From Lytechinus pictus (taxonomy: Eukaryota): DNA of 64,000 bases. The position numbers were made by a program, and so were the translations under genes. Under the pieces are notes generated by a model. It was not told the origin of the DNA, searched no databases, and saw only the letters and a program-made list of their open reading frames with translations. Shown one piece after another: positions 11,582-24,305 of the stretch; position 1 is the stretch's first letter; each line of letters starts with the position of its first letter. The stretch is from positions 22,940,001-23,004,000 of the forward strand of contig NC_087246.1 of assembly GCF_037042905.1 (NCBI RefSeq), written 5' to 3'.

Positions 11582-11992
11582 GAGACGGTGGTGCAACCTT
11601 CTTCAAACAATGGTTTTCACCGTGATATCCTGACTCTGCAAGGCGACCAACATACTGCTGTCTTCCCTCTTCGGCTCCGATCAAAGCTCACGGCTTTACT
11701 TGACCCTCCTAGCTCTGTCACATCATCGGTCAATGACTGGCGTGTTCTGGCTGAAAGTCTTCATCTGGATGCATTGGTGAGTCTCATTCGTATGAAGCCG
11801 AGTCCTACTGAGGAGTTATTGGACGTCGCAGCGCAGAAAGGGAAGGACTGTCGGTGGCTCTACGGTGTTCTTCGTGACGCTGAAAGGTACGATGCGGCGA
11901 ACGAGGTTGGCAAGTACCTACAGGATGGAAGCGAATCCATGAGACTAAAGAATCATATGAATGAAGGAGATACTGAACCACGGATACAATAG
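11582..11992 (+). CDS. UNC5CL: UNC5CL-like paralog B, coding exon 2 (C-terminal death domain); spliced protein ~708 aa
   Basis: Acceptor caccaAG at 11580-11581, phase 0. LRSKLTALLDPP..NDWRVLAESLHL..SPTEELL..LYGVLRDAERYDAA matches the UNC5/MyD88-type death-domain pattern. Stop TAG at 11990. Confidence 0.85.
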   Translation, partial: ETVVQPSSNNGFHRDILTLQGDQHTAVFPLRLRSKLTALLDPPSSVTSSVNDWRVLAESLHLDALVSLIRMKPSPTEELLDVAAQKGKDCRWLYGVLRDAERYDAANEVGKYLQDGSESMRLKNHMNEGDTEPRIQ

Positions 11993-12015
11993 TCTAGGAG
12001 ACGCTTGCTTGTTGG

Positions 12016-12915
12016 TTTTTTGTCTCGCCTGCATAGCAGAGCGAGACTAGACGACGCTTTTCCGACGGCGCACCGTCGGAAAGGCGGCGACGGCGGCGTC
12101 GTCAACATGAAATCTTAACCAAGGTTAAGTTTTTTTTTACTGTCATCATAAATTAGATAGTATATGGACCGAGTTCATGAAACTTGGACATAAGGGTAAT
12201 CAAGTATTACTGAACTTCCTGTCTGAGTTTTAGGTCACATGACCACGATCAAAGGTCATTTAGGGTTAATGAACTTATAGGGGAATTAACATCGAAATCT
12301 TAACCAAGGTTAAGTTTGTGAAATTTCGTCATAACTTATATTTTTGGATCTAGTTCATGAAACTTTGACATAAGGGTAATTGTGTTTACTGAACATCCTG
12401 CCCGAGTTTCGGGTCATATGACCAAGGTCAAATGTCATGTAGGGTCAACGAACTTTGGTCATTTTGGGGGTAATAGGTGAATTGCCATCATAACTTTTAA
12501 AGTTTATGGATCTAGTTCATGAAACTTAGACATAAGAGCAATCAAGTATCACTAAAATTATGTGCGAGTTTCAGGTCACATGACCAAGGTCAAAGGTCAT
12601 TATGGTCTATGAACTTTGACCGTGTTAGTAGTATTGTTGAATCGCTATGGGATCGCTATCATGATTTGAAAGCATATGGAACTACTTCATGAAACAAGGA
12701 CGAAATGGTAATCAAGTATCACTTAATGTTTTGCATGAGTCTTAGGTCACATGATCAAGGTCAAATGTCATCTAGGGTAAATAAATATAGTGTTTTATTA
12801 TCATTTGCGTTTCTTGGGAATAAGTATTCAATAGTCGTTTTCAAAGTCATCACTGCTGCTTTATTGAATCGCGTATCGCAGGCGAGACTGCCAGAGGCGT
12901 TCCACTTGATTTTTT
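12016..12915 (+). mobile_element. Helentron-associated (HINE/DINE-1-like) non-autonomous element with an internal ~120-bp tandem array, in the 3' UTR region of paralog B
   Basis: Sub-terminal IR GTCTCGCCTGC (12022) / GCAGGCGAGAC (12878). Partial 5' IR gagcgagac, cggcgg/cgtc microsatellite and 3' mini-hairpin GCCagaGGC. T-rich flanks. Repeated ggtcacatgaccaaggtcaaaggtca and gttcatgaaactt units. Confidence 0.65.
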
Positions 12916-15900
12916 GAATTAAAACTTTAGATCAAAGAATACGCATTCAAGATGCTGTTGCCACAAAACACAAAGGTAGGGAAATGTATAAATGTGTCTA
13001 GAAGTGCCTAAGAAAACAGTGGAAAACACTTTCACTCCTCGGTCCTCCTAAGGATGGTTTATGTCTTACATGAATTCTTTGATTATCATACATGCGTTAT
13101 GTCCCTGAAGACTATTCGGCAGAAGGAGCAACAGTATAGAAGTGGATGAGGTAGCCACTCTGTACTCCTCATAACACCAGTCACTTTGCCTGAATTCGGG
13201 TCACATGATTTATTGATAAAATGATATAAAAACGTACCTGCAAGATGCAAGTGATTTTATAGACCAAATAATCATGACAGTGTGCCATAGTGATCAAAGT
13301 AAATATTAATGAATATATCCCGGGTCCTAAAATATGAAAAAATGAAAGATAAATTATTAGGCCAGCATTCACGCTTTCAATAATCGTTGATCTATTGCAC
13401 ATTTCAACCAGCATTTTATTAATTTGATTAAATACTTTTATAGTCTATTGTACTATATAAAGAGAGGAATTGATTATAAGGTTGACTGTAAGAAACTATT
13501 ATGTACCAGGTCAGCCACTGGTTAGATATTTTATCGTACACAGTATAAACACTTTATACTACCTGGTTTACGACAAAAACTGAGCAGATATTGTTTAAAT
13601 TTTAGACAAAATATTAAATGTTTTAATCAGCAATGTTCGATTTTCTAATACTATTGGTCAAAGTTGTTTAAAATTTTTGAAAAATAAGACCAAGAGTTTG
13701 TGAAGGTTCGTGAAAATTAGGTACCATGACACTTGATCCGGCGACAACTGCGTAACATGTCGCAGGGGTATAGGTCGTGGGGTCGTGTCACCGTTTAGTT
13801 TTGTATTTCCTGTGTAAATGGAAAAATACAATGTGAGGATGCAGATTTGGGCCAATCAACTTTTCCATCTTGAGCACGACTAATATTGGGTACAACTTTT
13901 CACTTTTTGAAATTTATGTTGTGATAATATGATTAGAATTCATGTTCATGCAGTATTAAACAATATTGGGCCATACAACATTGAACTTTGAGTAACTTTG
14001 AATAAATTCTTGATTGGCAAAAGACTAAACTTTTGGACTTATTTTGTATACGGTATGATGCTATATAATTATGTAACATCCTGTATATGTATATTGTTTT
14101 TCAGAAAAAAAAAATCGGAATCGAGAATGGAAGATAATTAGAATCAGATTGTAAATCTAAGATCCTCATCTTTAATTATGTAACTTTATCAAATATGAAT
14201 ATGAATTGGCATTACTCACTCATCAGTGATTACGAGCAATTTGAAGAGAGAATATTTCTGAAGAAAAAAAGCTGAAGTTTGTACTTTCTTGTGAACCAAG
14301 ACAGAGTAGGAATTATGCCCTCGAATTCAATCAAATGCACTTTTGGAATACACAATTTTACTTCTATATATAGAGAAACATGTAATATTCTATCAGGATC
14401 AAGAATCTAAGCTTGAATATGAGGTGCACTGAATTTTAGAATATTGATCATTTTCATATTATATCACATTGCTTTGATGATCTGTACAGTTGAAAAACAA
14501 CAACAATAAAAGAATATTCTCATCCCATGGTTATCATTTCTAATCGCATTATTAACTTAGCTCACCCTTTAAATTAATATTCCGACTTTCTTTAAAAAAA
14601 ATATGGAAGTGCTCGATTATGACATGGAGATAACACAATACAATGACATGATGGACAACATCTAGTCAATTTTCTTCACACTGGCCCAATAAAAATGGAT
14701 CAGAAAATAAAACGTCCTACTATGGGGGGGGGGGGGGGGGGGATGAATAGATGATGAGAAAATAAAAGCATCAGAAAGACAGAATGAGGAAATCATGAGA
14801 CATACATTTCCATATCGAGGACAGCCAAAACAATCATATGATATTAGTATTAGAAAAAAAAAGATATATTCATGCTTGCTTGAGCGGATGTAAATAAAAG
14901 GAATGGTCACATTGGGTTTCTGGATGGAAATTTCGCAAGAATCAACGAGATCGATATTTTTTTTTCATTTTAAAAGAGCTTTCAAGTTTTTTTGTTTCGT
15001 ATTAGTACATGTACAGCTCATTCCTTGCTTGACATCATACCCTTCATGCCCTTTGTTACGGTATTTTGTGATATGGAAAGTTACCAAATAATTTTAGATA
15101 TTTAGAGTTAGAGCTTGAATAAATACAATTCAAATTAATAAAGCACTTTCATTATCTTTTGTCATTTAGGTCAAAATCATGCTCTATTCACATGAACAAA
15201 ACCTCTGAAGTCATACAGTTTTTATTGCAAAATGATAGCTCTTTCTCTATAGTTAAAGGATTTAAGATAAACCAAGAGCGTTGGTGAATAATGACAAGTC
15301 AGGCATTAGATTTAGATTTGAACCGTATGTGGGTTTGAATTTAAAAGCTAAAAGTCTTTGATTAAAATCCCACATATAACTCTTCTGTTTTCTTTTTTAA
15401 ATGATGAGCTCGAGTACATAAATGAGGATCTTCACATTTATTGAGTACCCAAAATATTGATTATTAGATTTATAATTCAGACAGAATGCTGCTAGAGAAT
15501 AAGCATTTGCAGTTTTGCAGTATACGGTATCTGATAATGGGTCAGTATACAAAATTATTGATGCACAAATATGAGTGCATCGGTATAGGTTTTGTGAGCA
15601 TAAGGTATTAAACTAAGGAACTGTTAAACGGGATCGGACTAGTTTCCATAGTTACTACATGCTCACTAGTCCTACCGATGCACGAAAAAACCTGTTTTAT
15701 AGAATGGTGGAAATTTCGGGCTAAAAAATGGTTGCATTTTTTAAAACAACTATGCATAAGTAATTACCGACGCATTGCTATAGCCATGCATGCATCTGGT
15801 AAATTAGCCATTCATAAGTAATCATTACCTGACGAATGGCAAATTTACCAGCTGGCCATGCATGTGTCGGTAATTATTATAATGTGTGTGATATCCATTC

Positions 15901-17480
15901 TATAATAATTATGTAATGTGAATTTATCGGTGTTGATAAAAAAAGAGACTGTTGATTCCAAAGGTTATTCCCTTTTAAATTATACAGGAAAGGCTTACGA
16001 GATGAACACTTTTGGTTTCTATGGTGAATAAGTAGACATAATAATATTGGATTATTATTTTGTCCACTTATGATTTTACTTCCCCTTATAACTTCATCTC
16101 TAAATTAAATCGAGTCGGATCCTGCACACTATTACTTGAAGAGTTAAAAAAAAATATTGTTCTTAGAGTATACGCTGATTATCACATCTCATACAAATCT
16201 TCATTTCACTCATGTTTTGAAGTTAATTAGTTAATTATTGTAATGTTTATGTTTATTCGACAATGACATACCGTTGCATTTTGTTTCAATGTGTTTATTG
16301 TTTCGTTTATTAAATTTCATTCATCTACACTCACCCTAAAATACATTATTTTTAATTTTATCATGTACAATGTAACTTATATCTGTTCAAATGTTTGTAC
16401 ATGTATTTATTATTTTGTTCATGATTTATAATTTATTGTTTTATGTTTTTCAACTTTTATGCACGGACTTGCTGAAAAACAGCCTTGCGGCTGATAGCAG
16501 GTTTTTTATCCCGTATTTAAATGAATAAAACAAACAAACAAATAATTATCATACACAAGAAAACACACTTAAAAAACAAAAGCAAAGACAAATCATACAA
16601 TATCACAATAATATACATCCAAAAAGTGTGGATTAGAAATTAATCGTATTGATTATTTCGTATTTTCATGAGTATGCATCCAATTTCTTCGCGTTAATCT
16701 TTCTTAACGATGGAAACTTATAATCTATTTCTTAATCTTTTTTTTATTTGATGAATATTAAGATTGAATTCAAATATCCCAGGTCTAACTTTTATTTTTA
16801 AATGTCTTTTCACTTTCGACTCATTTATTTATCAATTTGTTTATTTTATTCATTTATTTTATTCATTCATTAAACAAAAGGCAAACAAAAATAACAAATG
16901 AAATTTCCACTTGACTTATTATGGGCAAATGCCCCTCTTCTCATTCCCACGTTCGATGTCTATTGTGTTGAAAGTTGCAAGGTCATGTTAATGGGCCATA
17001 AAGGTCTTTACAAATACAACATTTTTTTTTTTTTTTTTTTTTTTGCGGGGGGGGGGGGTGCAAAATGGTTATGCTGACAGATATATCGAACTGCTATTGC
17101 AGGGGTCGAGGGAACGATTTCCTAAGAGTTGGTTACTGGTTTGTTAAGTAAAAAATTACAAGCTAAAAACCCACAGAAAAAGGTCCTCACTCCCGAATGA
17201 ATTAAATTTTTGTAGAGAAAATTGTTAAGCCAAAAAAAAATGTATTCTCTCCAAAATAAAGGTGTTTTTGTCAAACCACTTTCAAAAAAGGATATGACCT
17301 ATGTGTTAATTTGGTAACTGAAGCCTAATGATACATTATAACATACGAACAAAATTTCCAGGGGGTGCCGTTCACCTATAAGGTCCTCTTCTCAGGGCCA
17401 CGTTCAAATGCCTGTCATCTTCTCAATTTTGTTGGCACGTTTCAGTAAGATGGCGCTCTTCACTTACGGTTCTGAAACTG

Positions 17481-18002
17481 GCCGGGTGCCATGGCCGAAT
17501 GGTCTCAGGCGACCCACTATAATTTATGAAAGTCAGGGGTTCGATTCACGACACAGCCAATGGCCGATGCATTTTTTATCTACATTTTCCATTTATCTTG
17601 CATCAAATAAATGAAAATACTTAATGAATTAGTTACTGAAGCCAGTACGTGCGTTGTGTGTAAACGTCTCTCCCCTGTTTCATAGATGCAGGCTATGTTA
17701 TAGTGGAAAACACTCCGTCCCTCGGATAGGACGTTAAATGGAGGCCCGTGTAGAGGAGAATCACCACCTTTGCACGTTAAGAACCCACTGCACTATTCGA
17801 ATAAGAGTAGGGGGAAACCCCGGTGTAGTGGTCCAACTGCATTCCCCCAACCAGTTATATCGGGAGGAGAGACCTGCGGGTCACAGTTCTGTGTGCGCGC
17901 CCTTAGGCGACCCAGATTGGCTGGCTCCTCCAATGCGCCTTTGAATGTCTTTGACAGATATATGGCGCTATACAATTTGCTGTGCATCATCATCATCATC
18001 AT
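17481..18002 (+). mobile_element. tRNA-derived SINE with a Deu/Nin-like central domain and (CAT)n tail
   Basis: A box TGGCCGAATGG and B box GGTTCGATTC. Central ggacgttaaa..gaggcccgt..gcactattcgaataagagtagggg..ccccggtgt resembles the DeuSINE/AmnSINE1 domain (from memory). LINE-like tail gcgctata..catcatcat. Confidence 0.7.
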
Positions 18003-18326
18003 TTCAACGTATGCACGTATATTTTTTTATTTTTTGTTAGTTGACTTGTTATTTGTCTGATATTACATGTAGCCTTAGACCGGACGGCCAGACCCGATAA
18101 ACAAGATTATGTTTTTTCTATATATAAAGTAATATCATAACTAAGTGGTTTGACCCATTTATTTCCTCCATATAATCTATAATCAGGTTAAATCTAGACT
18201 ATTGCTAATAACGACACGATTCAAGCCTTTACATGCTTTAGTTCCTTGGTAGCTCAATATGATCGTCCTCCAAAAACATTAAAAAAAAAAGTACTATACG
18301 CATGATCGATTTTTTTTTTTTTTTTT

Positions 18327-18912
18327 GGGGGGGGGCACTTACATTGACGAATGGATACCATGCGCGACCAAAAAACACGTAAAAAGGATCTCTCTTTTCA
18401 AGATAGGGCGCGTTACGTATACGTAACGTAATAAGGGTGTCAAAAACACTAAAGTAATAAAAAAGGGGTATCTATTTCGTTAGGAAAGCTACGTGTGTAA
18501 GGTCAGATTTGCGAGGGTATAAAAAAATAAGACTAAAATGTGTTAGAAAGGATGTACTTTTTGCCCCCAACTGCCGTGTTTAGAGTACGATTTGCGCGAG
18601 GTGTGGCAGATGGTGGGGCCGTAATAAACCCAATGATTTTAGGTAAAGGTAAAACCGACGACCAACGTCCGTGACATAACAATTAATATCGCTGTACTTG
18701 TTTAGGGGTTCAATTCAGGGAATATAATGTACTTGCCAAGAGTGTCGTTTTGTTTCCAATACTTGTTAAGGGTAGAGTTTCACACGCCAATACTTGTTAA
18801 GGGTAGAGTTTCACACGCTAATACTTGTTAAGGGGTGCATTTTTAGAATATGGAAAATACTTGTTTAGGTTGCTTTTCGAGATCCCATGGTCGCGCATGG
18901 TATCCACTCGTC
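18327..18912. mobile_element. Non-autonomous DNA element with TIRs; second copy at 46269-47390 in opposite orientation
   Basis: TIR GACGARTGGATACCATGCGCGACCA / TGGTCGCGCATGGTATCCACTCGTC. Internal ~29-bp tandem repeats at 18758-18833. Confidence 0.75.
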
Positions 18913-18945
18913 TTGTGTCATTTTTTTGTGATATAATTCTTAGAC

Positions 18946-19910
18946 AGGGGCGGCTGAGCGCAGTTGAAGGGGGGGGGGGGGGGGCACAGGGAAAAAAGGG
19001 CACCTTTTCTTTTGAAAAGGCACTATCCTAAAACAAAGAAAAAATGATTTTATCTACAATGGCGTAATGGGGAAAAATTTTATAATGAAAAATCAAATTT
19101 TGTGATAGATTGGGATAGATTTTGACAACTAATATTCAGAAAATGATATTATATTTCACCCTTCTCTCTTTCCTTTTCTCTTTGTTTTTCTTGGTCGTGA
19201 AAAATTTGGCGAGGCCCCCCCCCCCATCTATACGCCTCTGCTTTTCTACCCCACTCGTATGACTCATGAAGCTTAATGCACGTAGAATTATCCTTACAAG
19301 TTTTGTTATTGTACTGAGAATATTGTTTTCTTGTTTCGAAGGGGCACTTGCTCACACATAATACGGGTACTTCTCAATGGGCACAGAACACGTTCGTGAG
19401 GGACACCTTGCTTTGGTAAAAAGGGGGCTCTGATTCGAGACAGGGCACCTACTAGAAGGGACGGGGGCACTTGCTCGTCACATAAAACGGGTCCTTCTCA
19501 GGTGAAAGGGGCACAGAACACGTTCGTGAGGGGCACCTTTCTTGGGTAAAAAGGGGCACTGATTCGAGAAAGGGCACGTACAAGAAGGCAAGGGGGCACT
19601 TGCTCACACATAAACGGGTTCTTCTCAGGTGAAAGGGGCACAGAACATGTTCGTGATAGGGCATTTTCGGTAAAAAATGGCAAAGATTCGAGAAATGGCA
19701 CTTTCTAACACATAAATCGGGTCCTTCTCAGGTGAAAGGGGCAGAACACGATCGAGAGGGGGCATTTTTGCTATAAAAAATTGGCACTTATGCAAGAAAG
19801 GGCACTTGGTAAAAAACGGGTCCTCCTCAGGTGAAACGTGCACAGTACACGTTCGTGATGGGGCATTTTTCTTGCATACTGAAAAGGGGACCCCAGGATC
19901 GCCGCCCCTG
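18946..19910. mobile_element. CAGGGGCGGC-terminated MITE containing a ~120-bp minisatellite (19340-19890)
   Basis: Termini CAGGGGCGGC / GCCGCCCCTG. About 5 copies of ggggcacttgctc..cttctcaggtgaaaggggcacagaacacgttcgtga. Confidence 0.6.
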
Positions 19911-21063
19911 TTTATTAGAATTATTATGAAAAATATGCCCCTAAAAAGGAAGAATAGTTTTATACCGAAAAACAGGCTACCCCTAAAGAAGTACGGTGAT
20001 TTTTCACATATTATTTGAATTATGAAGATAACAATACGATATTTCACGATAAGAATTTCATGAAGAAAGGAATAGATATTTATTTAACTGGAGGGAGTGA
20101 TTAATGAAGGCAAGTACTCGGACCAGGAATTATTTGTACGATATGTTAAAATGTTTGAACTTTTATATCTTATGTGGTAGATTAATAAATGTTGCGGTAT
20201 CCTTTGTTCAGTGGTTTGTTGTAGGAGATAGCGCGAACGCAGATCTCCGCTACCATAAATTATACGCCCGAGTTCCCCACGTTTGGGGGAATCGCAAGGT
20301 TCAGCAAGCCGGAGTGCAAAGGCAAGCCTCGCCCTGGGGGTGCATCCTTCTTGATCAATGCGACCCCTGCGCCAGGTAAGTATGTTTGGAGATGGCTTCT
20401 AAAATATATCAAAAATACAAATGTGTGCTTTAAAACAGTTACAAAAATGCATATGCTGACTTTTGAAACTGCTTTTGCATATTTGTCGAAAGGTTTTTTT
20501 ATATTTGTTTTATGGTGATAATGTAAGCAAAACCTAATTTTTAACTCCTGCAGTAATTTAAACTTTGATTACTTGAGATTTACTGTTAAAAATACGAATT
20601 TACTCGCAAAATATGGTTCATCTTGTCGAAGAGCGTGCCAGATCAGAAAAGCTTTATGAATATTCATCACAAAACAATCACGTGTCAGTACTGTTCACAC
20701 TCCCGCAGTGCGCGTCGCTCCAACGGATCCGATGGATATATTTGTGCGAACGGACCGTCCAACCCGGAAAACGTATTCATTATGAGCAATAGCCTGAAAG
20801 AAAGTATGGTGTGCTGGAACAATTTTATTTGTCGGGTTGGGCAACTATACTGATTTTACACATCAAAGCCGCCACAATGAAATAATTTTTTCCATTTTAT
20901 TCGGATGAACGAAGTAATGCTGTACTGACTTTAAGGCCTTCAACAGTAAAAAAAATACCTTACAAGACACATATGCATGTAAAAAAATGTACCAAAGTCA
21001 TTGTATAGATTACGTATGTACAATCCATTGCGATGCATGATCTAATAAATACCATACCACACT

Positions 21064-21227
21064 CAGGGGCCGCGGAACCGGGGGGGCTGGGGGGGCTTCA
21101 GCCCCCCCACTTTTTTCCAAAACCATGTACAAAAACGTGAAATTGACCATATGATTGTGATTTTTAGCATGGTCAGCCCCCCCCCACTTTTGGCTCAGCC
21201 CCCCACTTTGAAAACCGTTCCGCGGCT
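21064..21227. mobile_element. Short GC-rich MITE
   Basis: GCCGCGGAACcg ... cgTTCCGCGGC inverted ends with poly-G/poly-C tracts. Confidence 0.55.
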
Positions 21228-22204
21228 GTCACCATAACATCATACAGGTTTCATGACATTTGCTCCGGCGACAATTGCTCCGATGGAAAATATGCACATT
21301 AAGAAAAACATGAAACCTATAACTTCCTAAACCCTAATCCTAATCTTAACATTACTTCTGAGATATTGAGACCGGAGCAGTTGTTGCAGGAGCAGATGTC
21401 GTGTCACCATCAACAAATCTCTTGCCAAAGTATATATTTGATTTGATTTATTTATTTCCACATTCCTATAACAGAAGCATATACAACTAATACAAGTGTA
21501 ATCATTTTTTCTTAGCATAACATATCAATAAGCAAATGACATAATTAATAACATATGCATATATACAATCTAATTGAAATATATTTATACCTGATAAATT
21601 TCTTTTTTTTATTATTATAAAAAATAGCAGAAAAAAATCATATATATACATATTTCGACATAATACATTTTGAAATGTGGGAGACCTTCATCTTAAGCTT
21701 AGAGCTTGAAATTGATAAAGGCCTCAAAGGAAGGGGAAGGAAAATCAGATAAACAGTGCAATAAAAGAGACTTATCTTTTATTGCACAAAATAATATACA
21801 TATATATAGGCCTGGTGCCTTTATTGTTTAATCATTCCACCCCAATTAAAATTCTAAGAAATACTTGATATTGTTTAAAAACTGATATTATGATAGAGTT
21901 ATTTGAACAATATAATATGAGTATTATCCTCATTATTATTACTATTATTATAAATGCTTTAAAAATGAAGAAGAAGAAGAAGAAGAAGAAAGAAAGAAAT
22001 AAAGAAGCCCGAATGATTGGGGGAAATTCGATTCTAAGGGGGCTATATTAAAAATTGAAGAAAAAAAAATCTTGTTTCTTCAGTCGATTTTGTGAAATAT
22101 GTGATCTATCAGGTTGGTTGGTTCGGGTTGGTTCATATCTTTGTGAGGCCATAAAATTCCAAGTAATCGATGGAATATGATTCGTAACGCTGTTCGTGTT
22201 TTAG

Positions 22205-22491
22205 TGTGTCAGGTGATTCATGTCAGGTGACCATACTGTGACGTATTTGAAGTCATGTGATAGATCACATGATCTGATGTTGACGTGAATTTCAGTTTCG
22301 CTCCGATCGATCCTGTACTGTCGGCATGCAATGCCAAACGGCGCGGTGCATTGTTCGTTCGAAGGCGTTAATTCTAGAAAACCTTTCGGGCGGCATCATC
22401 CTTCCGGACGGAATTGTGAATCAAAATTACGCATTCGCAAATGACTTCGGATTCTTAGAATTTTTCTGTGGAGAAAAATATTATCAAACAG
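22205..22491 (+). promoter_or_regulatory. Candidate ATP7 promoter and non-coding first exon
   Basis: CpG-richer patch. E-box cluster TCAGGTGA (22209, 22223), TCATGTGA (22253), TCACATGA (22265). Donor CAG/gtattt at 22492. The first coding exon has an acceptor just 6 nt before its ATG, so an upstream non-coding exon is expected. Confidence 0.5.
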
Positions 22492-23031
22492 GTATTTTAG
22501 AAGTAAATATTTAATAAAATTATCTGCAGTAGTCTAGTGTAATGTGTAAATAATACAAATTACAATGCAATTGTTTGAACTTGAAAGTTGAAGGACAAGG
22601 TTATATCAATTCTGCTGACCGACGATACTGTATCTGGCATTCTGGGGATGATACTGTTAGATATTGTTAAATAATCCCCAGAAAAGACATTAATTCTTGT
22701 CTGGTGAGGGAGACTTTCATGGACTTGAGTCTTTCACTCTTTGTAAGTCATTTATTAATAGTTTTAATTTAATTAATACTACTAGATCTATGGCTATGCT
22801 ACATCATGTACATGTAATGTAGTTATAACTTATATGTGAAACCGATTTTTCATGATCATTGTATTTGTACTGGTACTTGTACTGCCTATGGTCATGTACC
22901 TCAAATGATGTTCGTGCAGGCTCCACTCCACTCCCGCTACACAACGCTCTACCTACCTGAACATCAAGGTCCAAAACTCGCTCTGAATACTTCGAGTGGA
23001 GTATTGCGCATGCAATGTGCGAGGGTCTGAC

Positions 23032-23453
23032 TAGCCAGGCGGCTTCTAGAGAGTAAAAATCATTTACTAACGTAAGGTTACTCTCATACGAAGCCAGGCC
23101 TTCTATCTCATAGACCCACACAAAGGACCCACGTTGGGGAAGTACAATAAGAAACAAGATGGCGGCGTAAACATCGGGCAAGTCTCTTCCGTCTTTTCAC
23201 AATATTTTTTCATTTTTTTGATGAATTCTTGTTTTAAAAATAACAACGAGAGCGTAGAAATGTCGGAAATGAAGTTTTATCCCATGTACATGATTTAGAG
23301 CTAGATCTTTTAGAAGGAAAGTAGAAATCTCGGGGGTGAAAGTTTCAGGTTTTGGCTTTCTTTGTGTGGGTCTATGAGATAGAAGGCCTGGCTTCGTATG
23401 AGAGTAACCTTACGTTTGTAAATGATTTTTACTCTCTAGAAGCCGCCTGGCTA
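23032..23453. mobile_element. hAT-like MITE with ~95-bp TIRs and a perfect 8-bp TSD
   Basis: GGTCTGAC|TAGCCAGGCGG ... CCGCCTGGCTA|GGTCTGAC. The TIRs are near-identical. Confidence 0.9.
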
Positions 23454-24305
23454 GGTCTGACATCATTCCACGACATCAGTAATTTCAAAATGTGTTACTT
23501 GGCAGCATGATGTTTCGAAGAAGCCTTGAAAAAAGAAAATAAATTAAAGTCATAATATTGATCGAAATCAACATTCATTGTCCTTCAGCCATGTTCATGT
23601 ATTTGCATTAAGATTAATCCAGGAAACTTGTATCAAGGTTAAACTTTATAAAGGGTAAACTTTATCAAAATGATCAATTAAAACATTTTCGTAACTGCTT
23701 TGGGAAGTGAATTTCCCAGAAGATAATTGTTTCCTGTCTGTCACAGGAAAGAAAACAGCATTGTTCAAATCATGGAGAACTTGGAAATGGAGGCAGTGTA
23801 TTTTATTTTTATTCGTGCTTGCTGATTTCTGTCAAATCATTATTGAATGACTGTGGATTTTGCAACCTTGAAAGGGTAATTTTAATTCTTTCAGTGTTAT
23901 TAACACTCTTTTCTGCACAATAGCTTTGAATTCTTTATTGACAAGATTGTTATAATGACACCATTCACACCATAGTAGAAGGTTAATTGCAATAAAAATG
24001 AACATTATTGCTATATATGATGTTAAACTGATGTATATGGTCTTTGAGTCATTCATCAGACAGGATGTGTGTGAATATTTCATATTTGCAAACGGGAAGA
24101 AATGAGAAGGGGAAATACCTCTCTAAATAAATGTTTTCCTCATTAATTTCATGTACAGTACTATTGCTGGCAATATTGTGTTGGATGTTTTATACTACTT
24201 TCTGTATACAGTTGATTTCCTCAGAAGTTATTCCCATTTTTTCTTAATACTTAATGATGGGATTTCATGTTTTGCTTTCCCTTTCATTTCTTTCCACAGA
24301 CAAAG

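Noticed and set aside
17481-17560. tRNA genes at 17481, 32652 and 55905
   Set aside because: A/B boxes are present but there is no proper cloverleaf, and each continues into a SINE body and tail.
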